From Heteronotia binoei (taxonomy: Eukaryota): a DNA stretch of 64,000 nucleotides. A model generated the notes under the pieces. That model was not told the origin of the DNA. It made no database searches and saw nothing but the letters and a program-made list of their open reading frames with translations. The translations under genes and the position numbers were made by a program. Positions 46,456-58,753 of the stretch are shown piece after piece. Positions within the stretch are counted from its first letter, which is position 1. Every line of letters begins with the position of its first letter. Location: assembly GCF_032191835.1 (NCBI RefSeq), contig NC_083229.1:83018001-83082000 (forward strand). Direction: 5' to 3'.

Positions 46456-46879
46456 AGCTCCCAGGTGAACACAGTTAACAGGTAACATAATTCAGAGTTG
46501 TTGCTACCTGAAGACTTAACAATGTCCTGGATACATATCCAAATAACACTTACAGACCAAGAGTATTTCTGTTTACAGAATTGAAGTCCAGAGTATAGAC
46601 AAACACCTACATACAAATAATATGCTGGAAGGTCAATTTCTTGACAAATTCGACTCAATTTCCCTTTTCAATGGGTAACCAAATTGTGGAGACACTTTGG
46701 TGTTCAGATTCCTTTGCATCACTCAGACCTTTACCAATATAACTATTTGCCACTTTATGATATGAAGACTAATGTTTTAGGTTGGTCTAAATTTAATTTA
46801 TAATTCAATTTAATTTATTTTATAATTTAGAATTCAATTTAATTTATTTTATAATTTATAATTTAACTTAATTTATAAC

Positions 46880-47165
46880 AGCCCCGTGGTGCAGAGTGAT
46901 AAGGCTGCAGTGCTGCAGTCCAAACTCTCTGCTCATAACCTGAGTTCGATCCCGGCAGAAGCTGGGTTCAGGTAGCCAGCTCAAGGTTGCATTCCATCCT
47001 TCCGAGGTTGGTAAAATGAGTACCTGGCTTGCTGGGTGGAAAGTGTAGATGACTGGGGAAGGCAATCACAAACCACCCCGTAAAAAGTCTGCCGTAAAAA
47101 TGTCGTTACGTCACCCCAGAGTCAGAAACGACTGGTGCTTGCACAGGCACCTACCTTTACTTTAA
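46880..47165 (+). mobile_element. Sauria SINE (near full length)
   Basis: cagccccgtggtgcagagtg…ctgagttcgatcccggcagaagctggg…cagagtcagaaacgactggtgcttgcacagg…ctacctttac. Confidence 0.9.
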
Positions 47166-47339
47166 AAAAAAAAACCCTTAATTTTACATTATTGGAAAGA
47201 ATTGGTTAAAGCTTTTACATTTCCTAAATTATTATTCCTTTTTCAAAATTTACATGTACAAATACTTTTGAAAAACTTTAAAAGGTGGCAATCTTTGTTA
47301 AACAAATGACTTGACAGTTGGCTCAACAGTTGGCTGCAT

Positions 47340-47830
47340 ATCACTTAGTCAGGACACGAGGGAATGTGTTAGCCCTGTCTCCTCCTTACTGTGTCATGCC
47401 TTGAGTCAAAGAGGGGAGCTCTCAACACCTTGGTCATACAGTTAGGGGGAAATGATCTCCAGGCACACAGAGGTGGTACTGTCATGCTCCACTGCAGCAT
47501 GCTTTAAAACTCTGTTGGCTTCCCAATACTTGCCTGCTTTGGTCCAGTCTCCTTGAGCATTTAGAACAGCGCAGGTCTATTTCATCTGACTAGGTGAACT
47601 TTGCCAAGAGAAAATGTGCAAGACAGTGGTGCAGGTGTTTGCATCATTTGGAGGGCACATTATCAGCCACCTGGTCATCAGTATTAGGCTATCAAGGGCA
47701 GATGGAGTGCATTTGTCTGAATGGGGTATGGACATCTAGCTGCATGGCATCTGGGAAAGCTTGCTTTGTTGGTTGAAGGCTTAGGAACATTGCAGGGAGC
47801 TAGGGGGGGCGGGGTAATCACTCCCCTCGG
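47340..47830 (+). mobile_element. Old DIRS/Ngaro SGNH-hydrolase remnant
   Basis: ttggtcatacagttagggggaaatgatctc = LVIQLGGNDL; gcagatggagtgcatttgtctgaatggggtatggacatc = ADGVHLSEWGMDI. Confidence 0.7.
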
Positions 47831-48877
47831 CTCTAGTGTGTCATGGGTCAGCCAGGGCTCAGTGATAGTGAGAACTTCTCAGAGGAGGAGGAGGAGCCCT
47901 GCATAGCCAGTCCAGTTGACAGAAGCCAACCAACAGGAACAGAAGGGGCAGGCATGCCAAGACTTACAGCTAAAAGCTGATTTAGAATCATCTCCACCCT
48001 CCAGCTCTAATTCAGCAGGCAAAGGTCAGTTAGCAGCTCCCAGTCACCCAGAATCATCTGCAGCTTTGAAATGCCACAGAAGAAGGCTGAGAACAGAGTT
48101 ACATGCTAGGAGGCAAAGTGCATGTCTCTTGGCTCGACACCAGCTGCCCATTGATAGCGAAGATGAGTCATGACACAACAGTTCCTAAGAAGCTGCCTGT
48201 TTGCATGGTATTTGGGTGTACAGCTATAAAGTCTCCTGAGGGATGCTTTTGGGCATGGATGCAATGCATACATTAAACAAGGCTGTTGACACTGCCTTGA
48301 TTGATTTCTGGAAAATCTGACCTTGAATCAGATGACTCTGGACTTCAGAAACCCCTTTGCCTTGTTATCTCTGAGAAGTAGCAAGATACACTGAAACCTG
48401 ATACCAGAAGCTGGTAGGCCAGTACATGGGGCCTGGGCTAGATCCTTTTGGTTAGGGAGGCAGTGCCTGTGTGTCCACATCCCACAGTTCAGGGGATTCC
48501 CTTAAGGAGTCTTAGATTTGCCAATTCCCAGGGCCAGCAGGGGTTCTCCCACTTTCCCAGACTCCTTCCCGCTCCCAGTCAGCCGGCTGGCGGAGAGGAA
48601 GCCCCACCCCCACAGCCACCACATGCCTTTCCACCTCCGGAGGCTTCAGACTCCACTTGGAAAGACTTCCTCTTGGGATGGTGTGTCTGTCTTTAAGGCT
48701 GAATGGGGGAGGGGAGGAGGCAGAAAAACATGGCTGCTCCCAGTGGCTGTGAAAGCAGCCCAGATCCTCTGTTGGTTGTACAATCTTTTCAGATGACATT
48801 TGCATAGGAAAGGTAAACTTGAACCTTTGGTTGCTCTGTGTTACTTTGATGAAGTTGGAAGTTCAGCAACTCGTGAG

Positions 48878-50205
48878 TAGAGGTGCCAATCCCTCATTTC
48901 AGAGTCATCAGAAACAAGGGTGGGGAGGGAAATGACTGCTGGGCACTTAAAGTGCGCAAAGTCAAGAGCCTGGGAGTGCTACTGGAATCCTCTTTATCAA
49001 TGGAGGCCCAGATAGCTGCCACTGCTAGATCCGCCTTCTTTCATCTCAAGAGGGCGAGGCAGTTGGCTCCCTTCTTGGAGCGCAGCGACCTAGCAACTGT
49101 GATCCACGCAACGGTCACTTCGAGATTAGACTACTGCAATGCCCTCTACATGGGGCTGCCCTTATACCGAACACGGAGACTTCAGGTAGTCCAGAACGCG
49201 GCGGCCAGGCTGCTAGAGGGACTACCACGGTGGGAACATGTGCGGCCTGGGCTGCGGGATCTGCATTGGCTGCCGGTTGTGTACCGTGTTCGCTATAAAG
49301 TGCTGGTTATCACCTTTAAAGCCCTATATGGCCGAGGACCTGCCTACCTAAGGGACCGCCTCTCCCCATATGTTCCCCAGAGAGCACTGAGATCTAGCTC
49401 TCAGAACCTTCTAACAGTCCCTGGGCCAAGAGAAGCTAGGTTGAAGGTTACTAGGGAGCAAGCCTTCTCAGTAATGGCCCCGCATTGGTGGAACCACCTT
49501 CCAGAGATGATACGAGCCCTGCGGGACCTGAATCAATTCCGCAGGGCTTGCAAAACATTTCTTTTCCAGCTTGCTTTTGAAACAGAACCTGATTAACTTG
49601 ACGTGCGACCACCTAGCCATCTTGTGGATATTATGACTTACAGTATTTTAGCACCCATTTTATACATTTTATCTATTTTAAATAATTTATCATGTAATTG
49701 ATTGTATTTGAGACTGTTTGCATTGTTTTATTGAATCATGGAATTCCATGTCTGTGAGCCGCCCTGAGCCCGCCTTTGGCGGGGGAGGGCGGATAAAATA
49801 ATTTAAAAAGAAAAAAAAAAGAATTTAATTATTCCCTATGGAGATCAATTCTCATAGGGTATAATGGAGAATTGATCTGGGGGTATCTGGGGTTCTGGAG
49901 GGTTTTGAGGTAGAGACACCAAATTTTCAGCATAGCATCTGATGACTCTCTTCAAAATACTCTCCATGTTTCAAAAAGATTGGGCCACGGGGTCCAATTG
50001 CATGAGCCCCAAAAGAAGGTGCCCTTATCCTTCATTATTTCTAATGTAGGGAAGGCATTTAAAAGGTATGCAGTTCCTTTAAATGTGAACTCCCTTTGGA
50101 GTTCAATTGTGCTTGTCACAACTTTACTTATAGCTCCACCCCCAAAGTCTCCTGGCTTCACCCCCAAAGTCCCCAGATATTTCTTGAATTGGACTTGGCA
50201 ACCTT
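48878..50205. mobile_element. TAGGGTTGCC-family MITE interrupted by an L2
   Basis: Left tagaggtgccaatccc; right ttggacttggcaacctta; body 49830-50090 matches 61590-61845. Confidence 0.6.
48953..49820 (+). mobile_element. L2-clade LINE, 5'-truncated, uninterrupted ORF2 C-terminus
   Basis: VKSLGVLLESSLSMEAQIAATARSAFFHLKRARQLAPFL…SRLDYCNALYMGLP…QNAAARLL…FRRACKTFLF; stop at 49596; gtgagccgccctgag 3' end with A-rich tail. Confidence 0.95.
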
Positions 50206-50501
50206 AGTCCCTATGCTGCACTAGTGATCCTAAGGTGTAATCAATAAAAGCTGTGGCTACTTTATTGCTCCAAATCACTGCGTCTGTTTCAGTTCCACCT
50301 TCAGTTCCACCTGCACCTTCTCTGTGCCCCTGAGCCCACAAACTACCGGTGTGTATTTGTACAAACTGGGGCTCCCAGATTCATTTCAATGTCCACAGTT
50401 GTAATATGGCACTTTCCCTGACTTCTGTGTAAATAGGATCACAAGTATTTGAGTGAGTGCCAGGTATAACAAGCAAGGTTTTTCTTTTATTTCTCAGATG
50501 T

Positions 50502-50562
50502 TTTATTTATTTATTTATTCATTCATTCATTCATTCATTCATTCATTTATTTATTTATTTTT
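50502..50562. repeat. Compound (TTTA)n(TTCA)n microsatellite
   Basis: Direct reading. Confidence 0.9.
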
Positions 50563-53539
50563 AGCCCACTCTTCCCAATCAACAGTAAAAAAACCCAACT
50601 TAAAATATATAAAATCTAAAATTACTGAGTAACAATAGGTACTAAAATGGCAAATTCTGCCACAGAGACATGACCTATTACCCAGGTCCAACAGGTCTTA
50701 TAGCACTGGGATGGAATGAAAGGGGGAGGCCGGTAACAAATGACATCCCACTGTCTCAGCTGAACATGTTAGGCAGCTAACATAAAGGTCCTAGTTAAAT
50801 ACTGCAATGGGTAATAATGAATTCCTTTCATTGTACTGTTTGTTTGTTTTTAAAGGTGACTGGGGAAAAAGAGAAGACTTCTATAATACAAGAGAGGTCA
50901 TGCTGCAGAACATCTGTTGTTATTTTGGCAGAGCAAAGCTATCAAAGTCATCAAAAAAGCTGCGTGATGAGCTAGCGAAACCAAGCCATCCATACACGTG
51001 CCAGGAAAATCCTGGATGAGCTAGGCTTGTGTTGAAAAGCAGTTGCCACCTCATTTTCATAGGGAAAAAGGCAGAAAGGCAAGCAGATAGAACCATATGT
51101 GCATGTCAAGATTTACTTTCTCACTCTCATTCATCCCAAGTGAAATTAGCTGGGCGAATTGCTATCATATGATCAAGAATGGCTGGAGCTGATGCTATTT
51201 GAGCATTTTTCCAGCAGAAAAGTTTTTATACGGACCACATGGACAGAAGTGTTAATTAAATGAAAGATGTGCAAATTCATCAGACAGTAAACCCTCCTCC
51301 CAAACCAGCATGTGAGAATGATATGCCTGTCTTTAATAAAGAGTCTTGATGCTTCAGCCAAAAGAAATCGATGACTTTTATAAAGTCAGATGAGGGCATA
51401 AAGCTCAAGGTAAGTGCAAAATGAATTATTATATGGCTGAAAAGCACTTAAGAGGTTCAGCCAGGATGAGTCTTCTTAGCTCCCCAATCTGTCACTCAAG
51501 AAGATTAGATAGCAAATTGAGACCTAGCCTTTTTTGATGTAAGGTCAGCCTGGTGAGCTTTCCTTTTTTTACTGATTGAATACCAAGAGTGGACACAAAC
51601 AGGCTTTCGAAGCACTATTTGTAATTCTTGGATCTAATGAAAGGTCCTAGGCAATTTTGCTTCAGGGCTGACTGTCAAAAGAAGGCATGTTGTATTAAGC
51701 ACTCTAAGAATGAATATCTACAAAGAAGACATAAGTAAATTAAGCAAGTGGAGGCATACACCTGTTGTGGGATTTTAATATAAAACAAGCTTTAGTTTCA
51801 ACTCATTTCAACCACATTTCATTTGTCAATAATGTCCATAGCTTTCATTCATCCCAGCTTAGTGTATGCTAGCAGTATCCCTGGGGAAACCAAAGAATTT
51901 TCTCTTCTCAGCCTTTTATGAAGGGATTGATCAATATGAGAAAAATTAATGAACAATTTTTGTTGTAGTTTTGTTCTTTTACAGATTTTTCAGTAATGTG
52001 TCTGAGTCTTCCACACCTTAAGGGAAGGAGAGCTGTTTAGCCAAAGCGCAATTCTCTATATTGCAGGTATAGAGGAAGGGAGATACGGTATTCCTTGTCA
52101 TGTACTTTGATGTAAACCTTGTCTGTTGCTTATAACAGTGATGGTGTACCATAACTGGCTCTAGAGATACATGGAATCATGTCATCTGTTGTGGCTATAG
52201 GGCACAACCAGGCACAGTGCTGGCACAGACATTTCTTCAAAGGATAGGATTACATTGGCCATATTCCATATGTAAAATGAAAAGAACAGTAGCCTCTGTC
52301 AGGGGGCTGTTGTGAGAATGAACAAGATCAAAATTGTACAATACTATATCATAATAAGAGGATCCATCTTTTTGTCCATTTGTCCATCTGTAGCAGGCAT
52401 AACTCATCAGAAAATACAGTGAGGCACCTCAAAATTGGACACCGCTTTCAGGATGATCATGGGACTTGCAGTGCCAGGATTTCTTTATAGGTCAGTGGTT
52501 TTAACTCAGCAGACTACATTGGCTTTCATGGTCTTCAGTCCAGCCATCAAAACATACAATTAAAAAATACCATTAAAAATTACTGGAACATTGATAATTA
52601 TATAGAAACAATGTCAGCTTGTATGAAGAATTTCATTTATTTGAAGCTCTCAGGCTGTAACAAGGATGCCACTTTAGTTATAACAGATAGCTAACAAGAA
52701 GACCTCTGGATTTTCAGGGAGTTAATCAAACTGAAAAACCCTTAATTAACAATTGTGAGGGATCAGAGTGGTATATAAGTTTTCTTCACAGAGGATCTAA
52801 GGAGTCAAGAAAAAGAGCAACATCTTTTTAAAAACATGACTTCTTCCTTCACTTACAAGAAAAAGCTCAAGAGAGTCCATTTTTATTCCATCGTTTCCTT
52901 TTAGAAGCACAGAAATAATTTTCTCCAGATTTAAGGATTCAACCAAGCCATGTAATAAGAAATGTAACTCTAACATTACAGAGAGTCAGGGAGAATAAAA
53001 AAATAATGAGGAGTTTAAGGAAGCTCGGCTTCTGTCATAGCCCATTCTGTTGCTTGTTCTTCTACTGCTGGAACTTATAATTCAGACATTGGTGACCTCA
53101 GGATAAGACTTAAATGTATCAGCCAGATTTTCTGACATATAACTGACTTGGCTCTAAATTTATTCATGGTCTTGTAACAATCCCATGGTAATCATATGGA
53201 TATTTCAAATGCCAATAGACAGAAAATAGATCCCATGTGCAGACTGGCTTCTTGAGATATAGGTGGCAATTGTCTGCACACAGCAAGCTACTTCTAGGCA
53301 GCAGTTGACCACATAAATCTGATCTTTTCTCCCATATTACCATAAATCTCTCACCAAAATTTGTAGAGTTGGGGAGAAAATCCCACAACACCTAAACAGA
53401 TCTCCATAAACAAAATATGTTGCCATAAGCTACAGTGTAGAATAAGCATAATGCCATGGTCGCTCCATGTGTAGTAACATCAATTGTCATTTGGGAAGGA
53501 ACTGCAACATTTTTGCAAGCAAGCAGAGATTGTCATGTT

Positions 53540-53877
53540 AGTAGGTCTGGTCTGGTCTGAAGGGCCCCAGTCTGCCAGTAGGGAGCAGGCCACCAGGGGG
53601 ATCCCCATCCCTGAAGATCCCAGTCACTGCACACTATCCCTACCGGGGATGCTCTAGGACTCCCAATAAAACTCTATTGTACCATAGAATTTTATTGTGA
53701 ATCCTATAGCGTCCCTGGCACAACGCTCTAGGAACTGCAATAAAACTCTGTGGTACCATAGAGTTTTGACGTGAGTCCTAGAGCATCCCTCTGAATGACA
53801 TCATCACACCACATGTGCTTTGTGCACAAGAGAAACAGTTCCCCACCATAGCAGCAGAGGGACTTGGCAATCCTATC
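53540..53877. mobile_element. TAGGGTTGCC-family MITE
   Basis: Ends ttggcaatccta; aaactct(a/g)t(t/g)gtaccataga motif repeated twice. Confidence 0.6.
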
Positions 53878-54074
53878 ATGTTAGAGATGTTTTCTAAGCA
53901 TGATAAAAAGGTAAAGAAAACATGAATGTTTTACAAAAGGTGTTTGGGTGGGTTTTTGGTAAGAGATAATGTACTTCTGTCTGTTATGCCTGCTGCACTA
54001 TAAATTGAAAAGGGCTTTGTAATCCCTGTTGTGTTTGCTATTGTTGCCAGCTGGGGCTGGGGCTGCAAGACCTT

Positions 54075-54412
54075 TAGTCTGGCCAGCAGATTCCCTGATT
54101 TTGGGGGCTCCATTCCCAAAGAAGCCCCAACCCTGAAGTGGCATTGACATGGTCTGTGAAATGATGTCACATGGAAGATGTCACGTGCTGACACTCTAGC
54201 ATTTTGGTCAAACACTCTACGGCAACCATAGAGTTTCAGCCAAAATGCTAGCGCATTGATGTGTGATGTCTTCAGTGTGATTACATCATTTTGATGTGAT
54301 GTCACCACACCAACGACATTGCATGCTGCAACATCATTCTGCCCCTCATGCTGCCGGACAGCTCCCTCCCACCCACCCACCACCCATCAGGACAATCAGA
54401 CCTGACAACCCT
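54075..54412. mobile_element. TAGGGTTGCC-family MITE
   Basis: Ends ctgacaacccta; aaacactctacggcaaccatagagttt internal motif; tgatgtca repeats. Confidence 0.55.
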
Positions 54413-54464
54413 AGGGAAATTGATAGTGTGAAGCTAGTCACCACACCACCACACTGCAGGGAAA

Positions 54465-54715
54465 AGACAGTCTGGTGTAGTGGTTACGGTACTGAAGGTT
54501 CGTAGGAATTTATAGTGTAATGCTGACCAGCATTAGCAAAGACAAGAAATTATATCCAATGTGGTGTAATATTCAGAGTGATTAGAGTCTTTGATTAGGT
54601 ACCAAAAGACCCAGGTTCAAATCCCTACTCAGCCATTAAGTTACTGAGTGACATTGGGCCTGCCACTCTTTCTCAGTCTTGCTTTATAGCACTGTTGTGG
54701 ACAAAATAGTGGGTT
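54465..54715 (+). mobile_element. MIR-like tRNA SINE fragments
   Basis: tctggtgtagtggtta; acccaggttcaaatccctactcagcca…gtgacattggg. Confidence 0.55.
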
Positions 54716-57700
54716 AATTTTTTGAGACCCTGCTAGGCATTGTTGTTGACAGAGTATTATCAGGTACTGCAGAATTTTTCTGTTGCTGAAAAGAAAATGT
54801 AACAGATACCCATCCCAAAATATACCAGCCCTTATGCAAGTTCCTTTTGACCTTATGCAAGTTTATGAATGGCATGAATTGGACCATTGCCCACAGATAA
54901 ATTCAAATATAGATCATTTTTGTAATAAAATCACAATTAGAAACCCTTAACACCAACCCCCACAAAAAAACAATCATTAGGATAATTAAAACCAGCTAAA
55001 ATACAAGGACATAAGAGCAACAATTAAAATATTGATCAGGAAGGAGGGAGGGAGGGATTCCTTTCTATACATGACTCCATTGTAGATTCAAAGTTTGAAT
55101 CAGATCCCCTTTTTATACAATGACTTTCAAATTCAAAAATTTAAGTGAAAAGAATGAATGACAAAAATTTTCACACTGTATAGCAGAAAGATATGATATA
55201 ACAGTTATTTGTAATTATTTTGTAATTATTTGTTTGATTGGTTGGTTGGTAATCTGCCCACATATCTCTCAGATTCAAGAGTTTTGGTACAGTATGTTTA
55301 CAACTCTCACATCAACTGTTCATAAATAAAATATAATTGCAATAAGTTTTCATACAAAATTCTCCATGAAGATTATTGGAATCCCCCAAACTGCAAATGC
55401 TGTCACTTTATCATATAAAGTGTATATTATTATTGTAATGTATGTTCTACCTTAATTTCTTTATTTAAAAACTTTAATATTATTTATAACTCTTGTTAGT
55501 ATATTTTGTATTTTAGTAGCACATGAATAGTAATGGCATAATTTACAAACCTTAAAAGCCTTGCAAAAAAAAATCTCCAATTATTTTGCAATGATGTCTT
55601 AAATAACTGGTTTAAAATCCAATCAAAGCTGAAATAACTAAAACATGTAGGAAGATTCAAAATGCATTTTCCAAAGACACTCAAAATGTAATTTCCAATG
55701 TTTCCAATTTATTAAAAAGAATAAATAAGACCTGCAGTAAGTGATATTTTGGAAGGAATTTTGGATGGAAACCTACACACAGCCATTTTCAAGCCTGGTT
55801 CTGTGTTTGCAAAAGGCTCTCTTCACAAGTTCAGAAGTAATTCCTGACAGCATCCTGAGGTAGGGTTGCCAGGTCTAACAGAACTCTCTGGCAAGGCGCA
55901 GCTTAAAATGCAAAGAGGGTGAGGAACACAGCCACTCCTAATCAATCAGCAACAATCGCCTTCACCTTCAGCCCACTCAACCAAACAAACAGCAGTTCCC
56001 AAGCAACCACAAACTCAGAATTTTCAGCAGTCACACAAACTCAGAAATTTTCAGCAACTTCCTCAGCTGTCTCAGCTTATCTCAGAGCTTCTCTGCTTTC
56101 TCTCAGAACTCTCTGAAATGTGTTCAAAACCCCCACTTAGCTATAATATTTACTAGTAATCTGGAGTACTGCAAGGTCTTATACTAAACAAAAGTAGGGC
56201 AGCCCAATATATGCCACACAGATGTGGAATCTCAGAAGAAGAGCACAATGAAAATGTGGAAATACATAGGGTTTGGAGCACAAAGGCAGTGGTGGAACAC
56301 TCCTGCTCCTGCTTACTTCCCTGGCAGAAGTTTCAGTAAAATAATTTTCTGCTTACTTCAATGATAGTAGTGGTGGTGGTGGTGGTGGTGAGCTGGTGAA
56401 AAGCTAGGAACAAATTCTGCCCTCCTCTGCCATTGTGTCATGAATCATAGAGTTGGCTGACAGCAGGGAGACAATAAGATGAAAATCATCCTTATCTCAT
56501 CATTCTCTGGGACCAATACAGTAAGAAATCACCACACAACTTTGCTTGAAACGGATGTCTCACCATATGTCACCGTCTTTTATTTTTTATTGTACAAACT
56601 GTGGCATGTTATTAAAAGCTTTAATAAAACCAGAAGGAAAATAACCAACTTTATGAAAGAGTGACTTAATATTACATAGCATTCAGGAAGCAGATGTTCA
56701 TTGCTTCACAGTCAAATGCTACTGTTATATGTTTTGGGAGACACTAATTCATTTCAATTTGCCTCAAGCTTGTACCTAACATAAAGCTATTTTGCAACTC
56801 ATTTGTCTGCCAGGAAATTTTCAGGTGTTCTGGTACATTTGAAGGCTTACCCTTGTCCTCTAATTTCTAAAACCTTTGAAAAGAACTAATTGTAAGGATC
56901 CTTATGCCAACAAACAAGTAGCTAGGTGTATTTCAAAGACAATGACAGCCTGATCAAGTCAACATCTCACAGCCATACGTGCCACAGTGAGCATAGTGCC
57001 ATTGTCTACTGTAGCAAAGGATGAAGCATGGGGAGGACTGGGGGCCTTTGTAGCATCCTTATGCTGTCTAATTATCATGTGTGTCCTGATGCCCTATGAG
57101 CCTGATGTCACCATAACCAATTATTTATTATTGGATTGCAACTGAAGAACACAGCAGAAAGGAAAATTCACCTTGATTACCGAGAGAAATCTATTCCTGC
57201 TTCCCACCCCTTTGACAGAGGTTTAAGGGCAGCCCAGGAATGGAATCATTCCTTCTTGGCTGGTCTAAACTCTTTTAATTGAAATACCACCCATAAATTT
57301 TCCATTAATGATTAAAATTGTTCTCCTGAAGTTAACAGTATTTCTTGGCAATCAGCTTCATCGATCACTGTAAATTATTAGAGCATGTTTATGTTCTGGC
57401 TCACAGTGCTTCTGTAGTGGTTACAGACAAAAAAATTACATTTCTTTGGTACATATAAATTTATCATGATAGATAAGAAATACGTTGTGAGACCTAGGAT
57501 ACAATACTGCAATTTTTAGAATGTGTCTTTAGGATTGTTATGAATATGTCTCAAAAGGAAAAGAAAAATATGATTTTACACAAATGAATACAGCACTGGC
57601 AATTTACAAACTTTCATTAAGATATACCACTGTGCCAGGAATAGCAGCTGTTATGTAGGTAACATGACATCCCATTTCTAAACACAGTGACCATAAAGAG

Positions 57701-57889
57701 ACAGTTAAAAATCTTCCTCCCCACCCCCTGCCTTTATTCAGAATTCTGTAGGTAGATCTTTGTTCACTATTTAGTTTCTTTTGTCAGTGTTTGCCTGATA
57801 TTTTTTCCAATTTTCATGGTTTTGTGATCTTTGCCCCGCACATGTCTCTCCTTAATTTCCCCTTGTTAAATTGAATTAAAGGTAACCAG

Positions 57890-58131
57890 TACTTATTTGG
57901 CCCCCATGGTCAGCTTCTGTGGTTGCCAAATCATCTTTGAGAAATTCCTGGAGATATGAGGGTGGAGCCTGGGATGGCAAGGTTTTCAGAGGGTATAAGC
58001 CATACAAGTATAAGCCATACAGTCCACCATCTAAAGCAGCCATTTTCTCCAAGAAACATGACCTCTGCATTCTGGAGATCAGTTCTAATTCCAGGAGACC
58101 TCCAAGCCCCACCTGCAGGTTGGCAACCCTA
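57890..58131. mobile_element. TAGGGTTGCC-family MITE fragment
   Basis: ggagacctccaagccccacctgcaggttggcaacccta 3' terminus. Confidence 0.55.
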
Positions 58132-58753
58132 GCAGAAATACATCTGGGTGGCCAGAGTGGTTTAAATTCCCTACTCAGATAAAACATGGTCTGTAGAAGC
58201 TGTTTTACCTGAAGTTATCTGATTTTACCCTCACAATAACCCTGTAATATCAACATAAAAACAGTAATTAGATCCAGACTACCTGCTGAGCTTCGTGACT
58301 GAGTGAAGATTTGATGTGAATATGGGCAGATAGCTAGAGCACATGGAGGAAAGTTCAGGATGAGTAGAATTGAATATAAGCTTGAGAACATTTATGTTAC
58401 TACTCTGCAACAGGATGGTAGCTGAGTATTATCATTATATCTTTGTGAAAAGTTGTTTGTATCAATCTCCTGACAAGGTAAACTCAGACAGGTTCAAAGC
58501 TCACATAACTTTTTTCACATACAAAATCTATTATATTTGCCATTATTTAAAATGTTAATAGAAAGCAGTGTAGTCACAATGGTTTTGATGGGATCTAGAC
58601 AAGTTGACCTGAAAGATATATCCTACATCTCTGTACTTAATCCTACTAAGATTGCCAGCACAAGACAACCAGAAAATGACAAGAAATACTCTCCAAGTAC
58701 AAAACAATATCAAAATATTATTAAAGTGATTCCTTCTTTGCAATACAATATTA

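Noticed and set aside
50807-51420. Plus-strand acceptor at ~50858 and donor AAG|GTAAGT at ~51410
   Set aside because: Frames terminate quickly and peptides are unrecognised; could be a noncoding exon but is unsupported.
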